A stretch of DNA of 64,000 nucleotides, taken from contig JANHCV010000003.1 in the NCBI GenBank assembly GCA_025594325.1, positions 992,001 to 1,056,000 of the forward strand, read 5' to 3'. The position numbers and the translations under genes were made by a program. The notes under the pieces were generated by a model that saw nothing but the letters and a program-made list of their open reading frames with translations, was not told the DNA's origin and did not search any database. Each line of letters begins with the position of its first letter. Within the stretch, counting starts at the first letter, position 1. Of the stretch, positions 12,996-24,542 are shown piece by piece. The DNA comes from Blastocladiella emersonii ATCC 22665. Taxonomy: Eukaryota; Fungi; Blastocladiomycota.

Positions 12996-13652
12996 ATGGA
13001 TCTACGAATGAATGCACGCCGCATGCTGGCGGCCCTGGTGCTTGTGGTGCTCGCGGTGGCGGTGCTCCCGGCAGCGCGAGTGGCTGCGGGCGGGCCGGGC
13101 CGCGGGCACGCCAAGGTTGTCGGCAGCTCGACAGAGAAGCATTCCAACTACTTTCCCAAGGACGCCAAGAAGTGCGTGCCGCCTCTACATGTTGGTGTGA
13201 TGCGTGCGCTGACGCGAACCGGAACGCGCGCGTAGCCAGTTCCGGGAGAAGCTCAAGAACTCGGTGGGCGAGATCAAGCCCGAGGACACCGAGTTCTACT
13301 ACTTTTCGTCGTTTGACAAGAACGCCGACGAGCACCTCGACGGTACTTGACCTGAGTGAGGCCCGCGGCGTGCGTGATGGCCGACTGACTGACCCGACCC
13401 CCGCCGCCGTAGGCAACGAGCTGCGCGATGCGTTCCTGCAGTACGACTACGACGAGCCGACGACGCTGGCCGAGATCGAGGAGATTGTCGACGGCATCCT
13501 CGAGGAGGACGACCACGACAACGAGTACGCTGCTTGCTCGCTTGCTGGCTGGAACCGATGACTGACGGTGCTCAACGACGTGTAGCGGGCGCATCTCGTG
13601 GGCCGAGTACCTGGCGTCCGAGAGCATCCACGAGCACCTCGGCGAGGACTAG
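12996..13652 (+). CDS. MCFD2: Secreted two-EF-hand protein, MCFD2-like; exons 12996..13171, 13236..13342, 13413..13524, 13586..13652 (start could be a downstream ATG)
   Basis: Spliced product: signal peptide ... EFYYFSSFDKNADEHLDGNELRDAF ... IVDGILEEDDHDNDGRISWAEY. This matches the MCFD2 pattern (F.YF..HD...LDG.EL ... D.N.DG.I.Y.EF). Confidence 0.75.
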
Positions 13653-14889
13653 ACCCGCCCCCGCACTACCTTCAATACACGGATTTTGCCTGCCCCCGCC
13701 CTGTGCACGCGTCCCACGACGCGACGCCGATCGCCACGTGGCCACGTGGGCGGCGCCTGCCACGCCCGTCGCGCAGCCGCGTCACGTGCGGGTTTACGGC
13801 CGGGTTTCGCGCGTTTTCGCCTGCTCCCACGCAGCACGGAGGCCCGGTGCGCGTTGGCTGCGCTGCCCACCCCGCCGCGGCCGCCGCCGTCCCGCCCGCC
13901 CTTCGCTCCCCCCGCCTCCGCCGACCTCGCCCCGCCCCGCCCGTGCAACCCCCCACACGCTGCAACGTATCACACACCGCCCACGCATCTGAACCGCGGC
14001 CCGATCCCCGGTCCCCCTGTCTGTCTGCGTCGCCGGTGAAACCTCCGCAAGCACCTCCCCGCACCGACCTCGCCCCCGTCGTCGTCCCCGAGCCCTCCTA
14101 CACGCGCCCGCACACGGACCCGTCGTCTGCCCGCTGCCCGAGCCGCGCTCCAGCATCCCCGCAAGTCCCTAAGCGCACTGACGTGTGCAAGGTGCGCGTC
14201 CGCTCAAACGCAACTTTGCTCGACTCCCCCGCCGCGGGCACGCGGGCGGCCCCGCCGACTTTTTGAAGCCGCCAGCTGCTGCCCACGGACCGGCTGCACG
14301 TCCGCCGCGCCGCCGATTGGTTGCGCCCGCGCGGTGGCCGCCGTTTCCCACTGCGTGCATGCGCCGTGGGAACGCGCTCCGCGTGCGGCAACCGGCCCAC
14401 CCGCCAACGCGCGCCCTCCACCCCGCCGCCCTCCGACCCTCCGACCCTCCGACCCGCCGCCCGCCCTCACACCGCACCCTCCTCGCCCGCCCCGTCGTCT
14501 AGATCCGGTCGTCGGCCTACACCCTATTTATTCCCCTCGTCGCCCTTGCCCGCGAGTCGACCCTGACGGTACGCACCCTCTCTCGCCTCGCCCGCCAGCT
14601 CGCAGGGACGACACTGACTCGATCGCCACTGCTCTCGTGTACACTGCTCGCCGTGCCCTGCCAACCTTGTCGTCTGCCGCACTGCCCACGTTTTCGATCC
14701 GCCGACCGTCCCCGCCCGCCCGCCGCCCACCTCCTGACCGTCGCGCGACCGCCCGCCTGGTCATGTGGCCCCCAATCTCGTCACCCTTCCCACGCCCGCC
14801 GCCATCGACTTGCACCCCACCCCTTTCACGCGCATGCGCGACCACCGACCCTGCCACCGCACCCACCTCGGCTATCCCGACCGCCAGCC

Positions 14890-16539
14890 ATGACCTCCCC
14901 CACCAAGCCCGCTTCCCCCGCCAAGGCGACCGCCGCCCCAGCCTCGCCCTCCAAGGCGGCCGCTCCCGCGTCGCCCGTGAAGCCCGCGTCGCCCACCGCC
15001 GCCGCTGCTGCTGCTCCGGCCTCGCCCGCCAAGGCCGCCGCGCCGGCGTCCCCAGCAAAGCCCGCCTCGCCCACGAAGCCCGCGTCGCCGGCCAAGGCTG
15101 CTGCCGCTTCCTCGGCCAAGCCCGCGTCGCCCGTGCGCGAGACCCCCACGGCCGCCGCCGAGCCCATGGCCGTGGACGCGCCCGCTGCTGCTGCCGCCAC
15201 CGAGTCGACCGAGCACACCGAGACCGACACGGCCCCCGCCACGGCCGCCGGCAGCTCGACCCCGCCGAGCGAGGGCCGCACCCGCACCCCGCGCGCCGCC
15301 AAGAACGGCGCCAGCTACGAGTTTGCCGCCCCCGGCGCCAAGACCCGCTCCACCCGCAAGTCCACCACCCGCAAGTCGTCGGGCGGCGCCAAGCGCGCCG
15401 ACCTCAAGCACAAGGAGGCGTACCACGTCGGCGACCTCGTCTTCGCCTACGTGCGCGGCCACCCGTACTGGCCCGCCCAGGTCGTGGACGAGAAGGACGT
15501 GCCCGCGTGGTACCTGCGCGACCGCAAGTCGCCCAACGAGCAATGCGTCATGTTCTACGGCACCTTCCAGTACGGCTTCATCATGCCCGACCACCTCGTC
15601 CCCTTTGACGAGAACGTGGCCGTACTCGGCGACACCGCCTCGGTCGCCATCCGCAAGGCCATTGGCCAGGCCACCAACGACCCGGACCTGGTCGCCGAGC
15701 AGATCGCCAAGCACAAGATGGCCGGCACCGAGGACGAGCTGCACGGCGAGGACAACGACGAGACCGAGCACGACGAGGCCGACAAGGAGGAGGGCGCGTC
15801 GTCGTCGTCGCGCCGCCGCAAGACCACCACCAAGAAGGCCGCCGCGTCGGCGTCGTCGTCGACCAAGAAGGCCGCCGCGTCCACGTCGACCCGCAAGTCG
15901 CGCGCGTCCACGTCCGAGACCCCGACGCGCAAGCGCCGCACCGCGGCCGCCGACGGCGACGAGGAGAAGCGCAAGTCGAAGCGCGCCAAGACGTCCGAGT
16001 CGGCCACCCCCGCCACCCGCACCAGCAAGCGCAACAAGGGCGGCGCCGCTGCCGCGGCTGCCGCGGCCGAGGCCGCGACCCCCGCGACGGGCGACGACGC
16101 GCACGCGCGGCTCATGAAGTGGCGCCACGTGCTGCAGAAGACGTTCATCAAGGACAAGTCGATTGGCGACAAGCCGCGCATCTCGCCCGAGACGATCGGC
16201 ACCGTCGACTGGGACGCGGTCACGGCCGTGTTCGACGACTTCGAGAAGTTCATTCTCGGCGACGAGTACGACGCCAAGCTGGTCGGCGAGACCAAGCTCC
16301 ACAAGGTGGTGCGCCTGATCGGCGCGTCGGCCATGATCACCGACGACGAGCCCCTGTTCGCGCAGCACAAGATCCGGGAACGCGTCGAGAGCCTCATGAA
16401 CGCCTTCAAGTCGCGCGCCGAGGCCGCGGCCGCCGCGGCGGGCAACGCCTCCAACGGCGGCGGCAGCGGCGCCGACACCCCCGCGGCGCACGCCGACGAG
16501 GTGTCCGCAACGGGCGAGCCGATGGACACGACCGAGTAA
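14890..16539 (+). CDS. PWWP-domain chromatin reader (Pdp3/Ioc4/LEDGF-like), 549 aa, with a C-terminal IBD/TFIIS-N-like helical domain
   Basis: YHVGDLVFAYVRGHPYWPAQV ... VMFYGTFQYGF is a PWWP domain. C-terminal LMKWRHVLQKTF ... ETKLHKVVRLI. Single exon, ATG at 14890. Confidence 0.85.
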   Translation: MTSPTKPASPAKATAAPASPSKAAAPASPVKPASPTAAAAAAPASPAKAAAPASPAKPASPTKPASPAKAAAASSAKPASPVRETPTAAAEPMAVDAPAAAAATESTEHTETDTAPATAAGSSTPPSEGRTRTPRAAKNGASYEFAAPGAKTRSTRKSTTRKSSGGAKRADLKHKEAYHVGDLVFAYVRGHPYWPAQVVDEKDVPAWYLRDRKSPNEQCVMFYGTFQYGFIMPDHLVPFDENVAVLGDTASVAIRKAIGQATNDPDLVAEQIAKHKMAGTEDELHGEDNDETEHDEADKEEGASSSSRRRKTTTKKAAASASSSTKKAAASTSTRKSRASTSETPTRKRRTAAADGDEEKRKSKRAKTSESATPATRTSKRNKGGAAAAAAAAEAATPATGDDAHARLMKWRHVLQKTFIKDKSIGDKPRISPETIGTVDWDAVTAVFDDFEKFILGDEYDAKLVGETKLHKVVRLIGASAMITDDEPLFAQHKIRERVESLMNAFKSRAEAAAAAAGNASNGGGSGADTPAAHADEVSATGEPMDTTE

Positions 16540-16834
16540 CGGGGTCTCGGTTCTCGTTCTCGTCCGCGTACGCGTCGAGTCGAGTGGTGCGCGCCGATGC
16601 TGGCTCGCACCGAGCGGTTCCGAGTCGTGTGTGTCGAGTCTGCGTGTACCGCTCCCGCAGTCCGCGCCCTCTGTCGTTCCCCTCCCTTTTCTGTCTGTTC
16701 TCTCTCTCTCCTTTCCCTCCATCGCCATGGCTGTTGTTTTATCATTATTCGGATGTCGGTCGAATCGAGCACTCGGGATTTTTTTCCAAACGCTTGGCTC
16801 GGCTCCGTAAGACTCGCGCTCAGTGTGGCGGGCG

Positions 16835-16883
16835 TGAAACGACCGCGGTGGCCATGGTCGCGGCCGCGCGTCGCTCAACTCGC
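16835..16883 (+). repeat. Direct repeat copy 1 (about 50 bp) at the left edge of the 17-19 kb island
   Basis: TGAAACGACCGCGGTGGCCATGGTCGCG..GCGTCGCTCAACTCGC; the 28-nt core differs by 1 nt from the copy at 19081. Confidence 0.8.
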
Positions 16884-17118
16884 TCCCTTCTCTCGAGTCG
16901 ATGGCGGCCCCAATGCGCCGCGACCGCCGCGACCGCCGCGACCGCCGCAACAGACTTGTCCGTCGATTGAGACGGGAGTTGTCGGTGCCCTCGGCGCTCG
17001 TGGCAACAGGTGCGGCTGTCGACACGGCCGTGGTGGCGGGCTCGTCAGGCGCGAGTCTTTGGGACGCGATCATGAGCTCCGACCTCGCTCACCATTGAGA
17101 CTCGGCATCAGCTCGTAA

Positions 17119-17577
17119 GCCAAGCCGGCGGCATCCTTTGCATCGCGTTGCTCGCTCAACAAGCGGTCCTTGGCTGACGGCGGGTCATCAACGACGAAGT
17201 ACGTTTGCTACACCGCCTGCATCATCCCGGCCCTGTTCAGCGTCATCGGCGCGTTCAAGGTCATGCATGCTATTGACGGGCGCTACGTTTGCGCCAACCC
17301 AGGGCCGACCGCCGAGCCGTGATGGCAGCGTGCCCTGGCCATCGACACGGTCGAGGCGTGGTACATCTCGGACTGTCGCAACGCATACGAGCAAAATGGC
17401 CGCACTCAAGTCCAACACCCCCGCCACGCATCGCGAGCTTGCTCGCCATGGGCAAGGCTGGCCCACTTGGCCGAGCAGCAGCCCACGAAACCGCTCCACG
17501 AGCGCTGCGGATCAGTTGAGTCCTCGTCGCGGCACTCGATGATCGGCGGGTACGAATGCAACACGGGCGTGTAGAGA
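17119..17577 (+). pseudogene. Coding-like remnant with an in-frame TGA at 17320
   Basis: Frame starting 17191 reads TTKYVCYTACIIPALFSVIGAFKVMHAIDGRYVCANPGPTAEP*WQRALAIDTVEAWYISD with mostly C/G-ending codons. No start codon or family identified. Confidence 0.3.
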
Positions 17578-18462
17578 ACGACGCGCAACGACGGATAGAC
17601 GCTCAGCGCCCTGGTCGCGGCCGCCCTCCCGTCCGAGCGCACAGCAACGGGCGGACCGCGAGGCGAGGGCGGGATCGAGAAAAACCCGTGGATCCACGGA
17701 AACCACTTCCATGTCACTCGGGAGAGAGGCGGTGGATGCGAGCGGTAGTCGCCCGCCGCGGCGAGGCTGCAAGGATGGGCGGGCGTCGGACGGGGCGGGT
17801 ACGGCGAGCTTGCAACAAAGAAGCGAGCATGGCTGTACTTTCGTGTTGCATGGCAGTTTCAACGTTATTGCCTTGTCTGCAGAATCGCGGGAGAGGGAGG
17901 GCACACAGCGTGCGCGAGGAAGGGCGGGTGGCGCGGCGCGGTGGGTTCGAGCAGAAACAGGAGTCGCGTTCGAGGAACGTGATGCTGATCATGATCTGCG
18001 CCGCGAGGAATCCTCAAGTCTCGCTCCGTTCCCCGTAGAGAGAACGATGTAAACAAATGCAGCACTCTATGCAATGTATCGGGGGACTAGAACTGCGTGT
18101 ACTCGGGCATTTGGAGGTCGACCCTTCGAACTTTGGGCCGAGCAGCGCTTCCATGACGTGCAGGCCTGGTGCCGCAGTGCAACGGGAGCGCTCGTGCGCT
18201 CTATGGCGAGCTGAAGCGTACAGAGTGCAAGGTGCGAGAGAAGAACTTGACCAAACCCGCTGGGTTTCTGTGCCAAGAACTTTGGGAAGCGCCAATGGGT
18301 CAGCCCTTGATGCGCTTGCCCTCAAGCCAGGTGTCGATGCATGCAAGAGCCACTTGAATGCAAGTTGAGGGTTCGCCACATGCACATCAAGAGCCAGCGG
18401 GCCTTTCCTCCCCGCACCGACCTCCGCACCGATGCACATCACCCGCAAGACTGAAGAATAAG

Positions 18463-19002
18463 ATGTCGACGAGAAAGCCCAAAGATCGATGGGATTACTT
18501 CCTTGGTCCCGGAGCGGACGAGCGACTTCTTGGGCGATACGTCCTTTCCATTCAACGGCGCCTCACTAGCGTGCAAACCTCGGCCAAAGACATTCCCAGC
18601 TCGCTTCGCGCCCAGATCGTGACCTTCTCGGCCTGCACCTTGATCTGCAGCATGAATGGAGCTCTCAAGGAAATGATGGAGGTCCTTGACGTGTTTGCCA
18701 AGCATCACCGCAATCTCAATCGTACTCCTCTCACAGGGGCGCGCGCAGCTTGGTCTACGTCCAAGCTGGACCAGTGGGCGACATCGGCATACATTGAGCG
18801 CGTCAGACTCGAATCTATGCGCTCACTGAGCCACGAACTGGACTACAAGCTTGACGAGCGGTACAAACTGGATCCGCACGTCGAGTCGTCAACTTATATG
18901 ACCCAGTGGCCGATGGCCAAGTTTGCTTTGACCGCGGCGGGCGTTTGCAACAAGGTCGACCAGCACCACGCTGTAGCCATAGCCCTTATTCATTGGCGCT
19001 GA
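18463..19002 (+). CDS. Orphan helical-family member A (intact, 179 aa, intronless)
   Basis: Open from ATG 18463 to TGA, with AATAAA at 19012. By-eye similarity to the ORF at 60880 (TSA..IP..AC.....MN..L..x18..LN..W) and to 23624-24029. Confidence 0.6.
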   Translation: MSTRKPKDRWDYFLGPGADERLLGRYVLSIQRRLTSVQTSAKDIPSSLRAQIVTFSACTLICSMNGALKEMMEVLDVFAKHHRNLNRTPLTGARAAWSTSKLDQWATSAYIERVRLESMRSLSHELDYKLDERYKLDPHVESSTYMTQWPMAKFALTAAGVCNKVDQHHAVAIALIHWR

Positions 19003-19080
19003 TGTTCATTCAATAAAGTTTCGAACCTCTTGAACCCGACTGTGGCCCTCTCCGCGTGCGACTCGCGAGGCGAGCAAGGA

Positions 19081-19133
19081 TGAAACGGCCGCGGTGGCCA
19101 TGGTCGCGACCAACCACGCGTCGCTCATCTCGC
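19081..19133 (+). repeat. Direct repeat copy 2 at the right edge of the 17-19 kb island
   Basis: TGAAACGGCCGCGGTGGCCATGGTCGCG....ACGCGTCGCTCATCTCGC, matching 16835-16883. Confidence 0.8.
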
Positions 19134-19287
19134 CCCTCGCTCGCCCTCGGACCACGGCAAGACGGCATGAAGTTGGTGGTGACCAGCAGGTTCTATTACC
19201 GCGACGATGATGGAGATGGTGGGGAACGCAAGATAGACAAAAACACAAAACTCTCTCTCTCTCTTCCGTGAGACGACGACGGCGGGT

Positions 19288-20818
19288 TTAGAGCGCCGCG
19301 ACCGCCGCAACGGCAACCGCCACGACCATAGCGGCCGCGGACGCGACAGCGCTGGAGGACGACGCGTCCGAGGCCTGGAGGTCCGACGACGACAGCGAGA
19401 CGCCGCCGTTATCCGCGGCGTTGCCGCCGGCCTGGCGACCGCCACTGACGGGGGTCGACGTGGGCGCAGCCGCGCCAGCGGGCGAGCCAGAGGACGCGGC
19501 AGACGGGGCCTTGCCGCCCTCGACCTTGTCGCCGGGGAGCGGGGCGGGGAAGATGTCGACGTTGAAGAGGGTCTGGCCGTCGGTCGAGACGGGGTTGCCG
19601 GTGCCCTCGGTGGCGGCTGCGGGGGCAGCCGAGGACGTGGTGGTAGCGGGCTCGTCGGGCTTCGGGTCGTCCTTCTTGGGCTCGTCGTCCTTGGGCGGCT
19701 CAGGCTTCGCGGGCTCCGGCTTCGGCTCGGGCTCCGGCTTCGGCTCGGGCTTCGGCTCGGGCTTCGGCTCGGGCTTAGGCTCGGGCTTCGGCTTAGGCGC
19801 GGGCGGCGGGGGCGCGGGGGCGTTGTTACCCGTGCGGTAGTTCTGGCCGGCGACGTTGCCCGCGGGGTTGTAGTTGCAGGCGAGGAAGACGTTGCCGCAC
19901 CCGGTGGCGGCGCCGCACCCGACGCGCGTGGACTGGGCCCAGACCATCTGGGTCCAGTGGCCGCCCGAGGGGCCCTCGCGCACCCACAGGCCGACGAGGC
20001 GCGAGATGGTGTTGACGTCGAGGCCGCCCGAGCCCATGGACAGGTTCTCGCCGTACGACCCGTGGCCCGTGTGGTCGAGCCCGCACCGCGCCGCGTTGGT
20101 CCGCGCGCGGTTCTCGGCAAAGGCCGCGAGGCCGCCGTCCCACGAGATCTGGTTGTTGACGCCGACCGAGGCGCGGAGGCTAGAGGGAGGGAGGGGAGGG
20201 GAAGTTAGCCGGTGATCAGAGCCGTGATCTCATCCCCAAGCGAGCACGTTGACGGTCCGGTGGGTGTGGATGGAGTGCTTGGGTGGCGCTGCTCCTGCTG
20301 CTCGGCACTCGCCGAGAAGAATAAATTCCCTCGTCCCTCATTCGCGGCGACGAGCACGACACGACACGGCACGGCGGCGCGATCGGCGAGCGAGGGAGGG
20401 CGAGGGGCGAGGCCGCGGGCGCGCATGAGCGAGTCCTGCAAGCCTCAGCCACAGGGCCGAGAGTGCTCGCGACGGCGTCGCAGCCTCCGCCCGCCCGCCG
20501 GCGCCGCCGCGTGCAACGCAAGTCCTGCAAAGGGACCGGGCCACGGACCACGAGGGCACGCTGTGAGCGCCAGCGTTCGCGGCGTCGAGAGGAGCTACGA
20601 GGAGGCAGCGGGCTATCGCAGTCGGCCGCGAAGCAAACGAGAAGCACCACATCCACCGGGCCTCGACATGTCGAGCGGGAGCAGAGCGTGTAGAGCGTGC
20701 CGTACCCGTTGTGCGAGGCGACAATCACGGACGCCGCGCCGCCGGGGAGCGCGGCCGAGACCGAGTTGGCAAGGGCCAGGAGGGCGAGGAGCGACAGAAG
20801 CGCGGACGACGTCGACAT
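19288..20818 (-). CDS. CAP/SCP/PR-1 (Pry-like) secreted protein with KPEP repeats and a probable GPI signal, 334 aa; complement(join(19288..20179,20706..20818))
   Basis: Signal peptide; spliced HNGLRA; GENL; GHWTQMVWAQSTRVGCG; FLACNYNPAGN; hydrophobic C-terminus AMVVAVAVAAVAAL. Confidence 0.9.
19715..19797 (-). repeat. 12-bp coding tandem repeat encoding (KPEP)n in the CAP protein linker
   Basis: Repeated GGCTTCGGCTCG units on the + strand, translating as PKPEPKPEPKPEP. Confidence 0.85.
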
Positions 20819-21394
20819 GATCGATATGTGCGAGTGTGGAGGGAGTAGGAACGGAGCCAGCCGAACGGAACAAGAAGGTGGAGGAGGCGGTGCAAGCGAG
20901 GGGCACCGGCAACGAGGACGAGGTCGGGGAGAGAGCGGCAGTCTAGAGGAAGCACGGCGTCTTCCGGTCTATGGTGTGCGTGTGGCGCGGCTGACGGAAC
21001 GATAGCGGCGTGAGGCGCAGACTGAAGAGAGAGCGGGAGCGGCGTCGGCGCAGGGCGCGGTCGGTGGCCGAGGGCGGTGGCGGCGGCGCCGCGGCTTGTC
21101 GAAATGATGTTCGGCCCCAGCCCAGGGCCGCAGAATTTTTGAGAATTTTCACTCGCGAACCTGATGCGTTTCATGATCCATCCAATCATCGCCCGCGGGC
21201 GTGCCCGCACGTGCGTGTCTCGCAGCGTGTCTCGCGCGGCGCCGAAAACCGCGGCCGGTGGACGACAGGGACCGCGTGGGCCTGCCGACCCGCCCTTCAC
21301 GTCGACCCACACCCTGACATCACGTCCGGGTCCAGATCCAAACCCATGCGCGTATGTATTTACTCGCGTCGTATCCCACCCTCCGCCTCCTCAA

Positions 21395-23553
21395 TCAGTC
21401 GTACCGCGACCGCTTGGCCTCGCGCCGGTCGTCCTCGTCGTCATCGCGGCGCCGCGGCTTGCGCGCCTGCGACATGAAGTCGTTGACGCCGAACACGTCG
21501 CCGGCGAACGCGGCTGCCGCGGCGGACGGGCCAGCTGCCGCCGGTGGTGGGGCCAAGGTGGACGACGACGACGCGACCTTCTCGAACTCGACGGGCCCGT
21601 CGCCGCGCGCGCTGCTGCCGTCGGCGCCCTGGAACCCGCGCCCGGCCGCGGGCTGGAACCGGTCCGTCTTGCTGAGCTGCTCGTACGCCGCGTTTGCGTC
21701 CGTTGCGCCGCCGTACATGTCCGAGTCGCCGCGCGCCGCGGGACGGTACACGGACGCGATCCCGGCGTGCGTGCCCGAGAACAGCGCGCTGTCGTACACG
21801 TCGTACGCTACATACCCGTGCAGTATCGGGTTAGTGATGGTGAGCCGCGGATGAGAGCGAGAAAGCGTACCCTCGTCGTCGCCGAACCCGGACCCGAGCC
21901 CCTCGCTCTGGTTGAACAGCCGCGAGTCGAACATGGCGTCCTTGGACACGGTCGGTTTGATGGCGCCGAGCGCAATCTTCTCCGACACGTCGCGGTCCGC
22001 CATGGTCTTGGCGTGCCGCGACTTGGCCTCGGCGCCCATGTGCGACATGCGGTACTCGCGCTGCAGCTCGCGGCGCTTCTCGCGGCGGAGCGCCTCGCGT
22101 TCGCGCGCGCCCTCGTCGTCCTCGTCGTCCTCGTCCTCGCCACCGGATCCCGCACCGCGCTGGTCGCCGCGGGTGTGCCGGCGGCCGCGACCCTCGGGCT
22201 CGGAACCCGAGTCGTACGACCGGTCGCGGCGGCCGCGCCCACGCTCGCTCGCGTCCTCCTCGTCGACGTCGTTATCGAAATGGTCGTCGCGGCCGCCGCC
22301 GGCGCCACCGAGCCCCGCGGGCCCGCCGCCGAACCCGGACCGCTCCTCGCGCGCCTGCTGCGCGAGGTTGCGCAGGCCCTCCTCGCGGAGCATGCGCTCC
22401 TTCTCAGCGATCTTCTGCTGCATGATGGCGCGCTGGCGGACCTCCTCGCGGGCGTGGCGCTCGGCGATCTGCATGGCCTCGGAGAACTGGGCGAACCGGT
22501 CGTTGATGACCACCTCCTGCAGGCCGCGGCCGTCGGCGGCGAGGCGCTTGTCGAGCGGGATCGTGTAACCCTTGGCGTTCTTCCAGTTGCTGATGCACGG
22601 CGGGATCTGCCACTCGTCGCGCTCCTTCTTGGTCAGCTTGCGCGGCGGCGAGTGCAACACGGGCGGCGGCGGCGACGGCGGGCCGGGCGGCAGCCGCTTG
22701 AACCCGAACTTGGGCGGCTCGAGCGGGTCCACGGGCATCTCGACCATGGAGATGACGCGCGTCTTGCCCTTGCGCCCGCCGTGCGACGTTGGCGTGTACT
22801 TGACTACGGTCGGCGCGCTCGCCTTGGCCCCACTCGTCACCACCGTCGACTTGAGCGACGACACCTTGCCCGACACGATCTGCTCGAGCGCGAGCCGCGT
22901 CTTCTCGGTCGTCGCCGCCACCTCTTCGGCCGACGGCTTCTTCCACGCCGCCGCCGTCTCGGCCGTGATGTCCATGGGCACCAGGTCCTTGTACTCGGCG
23001 AGCACCACCGCGTCGCTCGCGTGCCCGTACCGCGCCAGCGCGTCGTACCGCAGCTTGCCCTGCTCGTCGACCTGCAGCGCCACGGTCGTCGACGTCGCCT
23101 TCTACACGTGCGCGAACGAGGGCGCACGCCGTAAGCGAACAAACGGGGGTCACGATGCAGGCAAGCAGTGAGAACGAACGCACCGTCTTGTCGCGGCCCA
23201 TGTCGAGCGGGTACTGCAGCATGTGGATCTCGGGGAACGCGCCGCCGTCGCCGAAATCCTCGGCGCGCCGCGGCAGGTACCCCTTGCGCGCGCCGTACGG
23301 CGGCGGGCCCGCCGCCGCCTTGCGCTGCAGCGCCATGGACGGGGCGGCGCCCGCAGTTGCGGGGTTGGGAGCCGGATCAACGGGCGCCCGGAGCGGTGCG
23401 GCTGGCTCGTGTTTTGGTGCAGGAAGGAAGCTAGACGAGATGCGAACGGGCGGGACGCGAGCCGTCAGTCGCGGATGCGGAACGGGCAGAGTGCGTGCTG
23501 CATGGTGGCGGATTGGTTGCATGGAGTAATGTTCCTCACCTCAGCGTGGACAT
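21395..23553 (-). CDS. PRP45: Spliceosomal SNW1/SKIP/Prp45; exons 23540..23553, 23184..23430, 21871..23101, 21395..21807
   Basis: MSTLSFLPAPKH, PPPYGARKGYLPRRAEDFGDGGAFPEIH, IPPCISNWKNAKGYTIPLDKRLAADGRG, FDSRLFNQSEG. Confidence 0.96.
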
Positions 23554-23623
23554 GGTGATGCGGGGCAGAAGGGAAGGCGCGAAGCGAGGCGCCCGCTTCA
23601 AAGGTGAGCGGTTTACCTGCCAA

Positions 23624-24029
23624 TCACGTCACGCGAGTGGCGGAACCCGCTCCGTTGAGAGTGGCGATCCTTCGCGCCGAGCAACTGGCACTCGCTCGTA
23701 GCGGCTCACATGAACGAATGAAGCGAATGGACTCTATGCAACGCGTCATGCACTCTGGGAAGTAGGACTTGGTCCAGCTTGGGGCCTGAGAAACCTGGGT
23801 TTTGTCGCACATCTTGATCCGCCGGTTCAGCATCTTTAAAACGTCGCCGATGGACTCGAACATGGTTTCCAGCTCGGCCCGGCAGAGCGTCGCAAGTAAC
23901 TTGGCATCGTGGTGGATTGGAAGCGATTGCTGAGCTCCGGCAACCTTTTGGGCTCCTTTTGCCTCCTTGGCATGTGACGTTGCCCATGATCTTCCCCAAT
24001 AATTGCTTCGTGGTTGTCGATGGCGACAA
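23624..24029 (-). pseudogene. Orphan helical-family member B (frameshifted, no clear ATG)
   Basis: KQLLGK (one frame) then AQKVAGAQQSLPIHHDAKLLATLCRAELETMFESIGDVLKMLNRRI..APSW..CIESIRFIRS (next frame). Aligns by eye with member A (ERLLGR, AKDIP..ACTLICSMNGALKEMMEVLDVF, AAW..YIERVR..MRS). Confidence 0.45.
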
Positions 24030-24542
24030 GGAGCTTGAACCGGTACGGAGAACCAGAGCCCGCTTGAGGCGTCAAAGGCTTGGCGCGAGTAATGCATGTC
24101 GCCACTTCGTGAGCAATCCTTCGGGCAGCCTTCCCATCAAGCTCATTTCCGGTTCCGCTTGCGCGAGGGCGCATGTTTGACTGACGGCTCGGTCAACCGT
24201 ATAAATGGAGCAATTCGACCTTTTCTCGAGCCGTGGCTGATTACTCTTGATGCATTCATCCTCACAAGGCTCTCGCATTGCCATGTGTTCGTGGCTGGAC
24301 CGTCCCAGTGAGTCCTGCGGGCCGTGCAACTTCCACTCATGTCAGTCCTCATCTTATTTATTCACTCAGCGCTGTTAGAAGCGGACTCGGATCTGAAATG
24401 CATCCAGATCATCGTATAACCAGCAACTTTCGCCGTTGAACCAACAATTCTCCAGCGAGTTACTGACTCAACTTGAAATTATTACACGCTTAGCCGCATG
24501 TCATTGAAGTAGCTGAAGGCTCAATGCGTCATTCGTCCCGCC

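Noticed and set aside
14429-14456. (CCCTCCGA)x3 and other short tandem runs, including (GAC)n at 33227, (CAG)n at 31723 and 63746, and 9-mers at 16916
   Set aside because: Ordinary micro- and minisatellites or low-complexity coding tracts, with no spacer structure, so not CRISPR.
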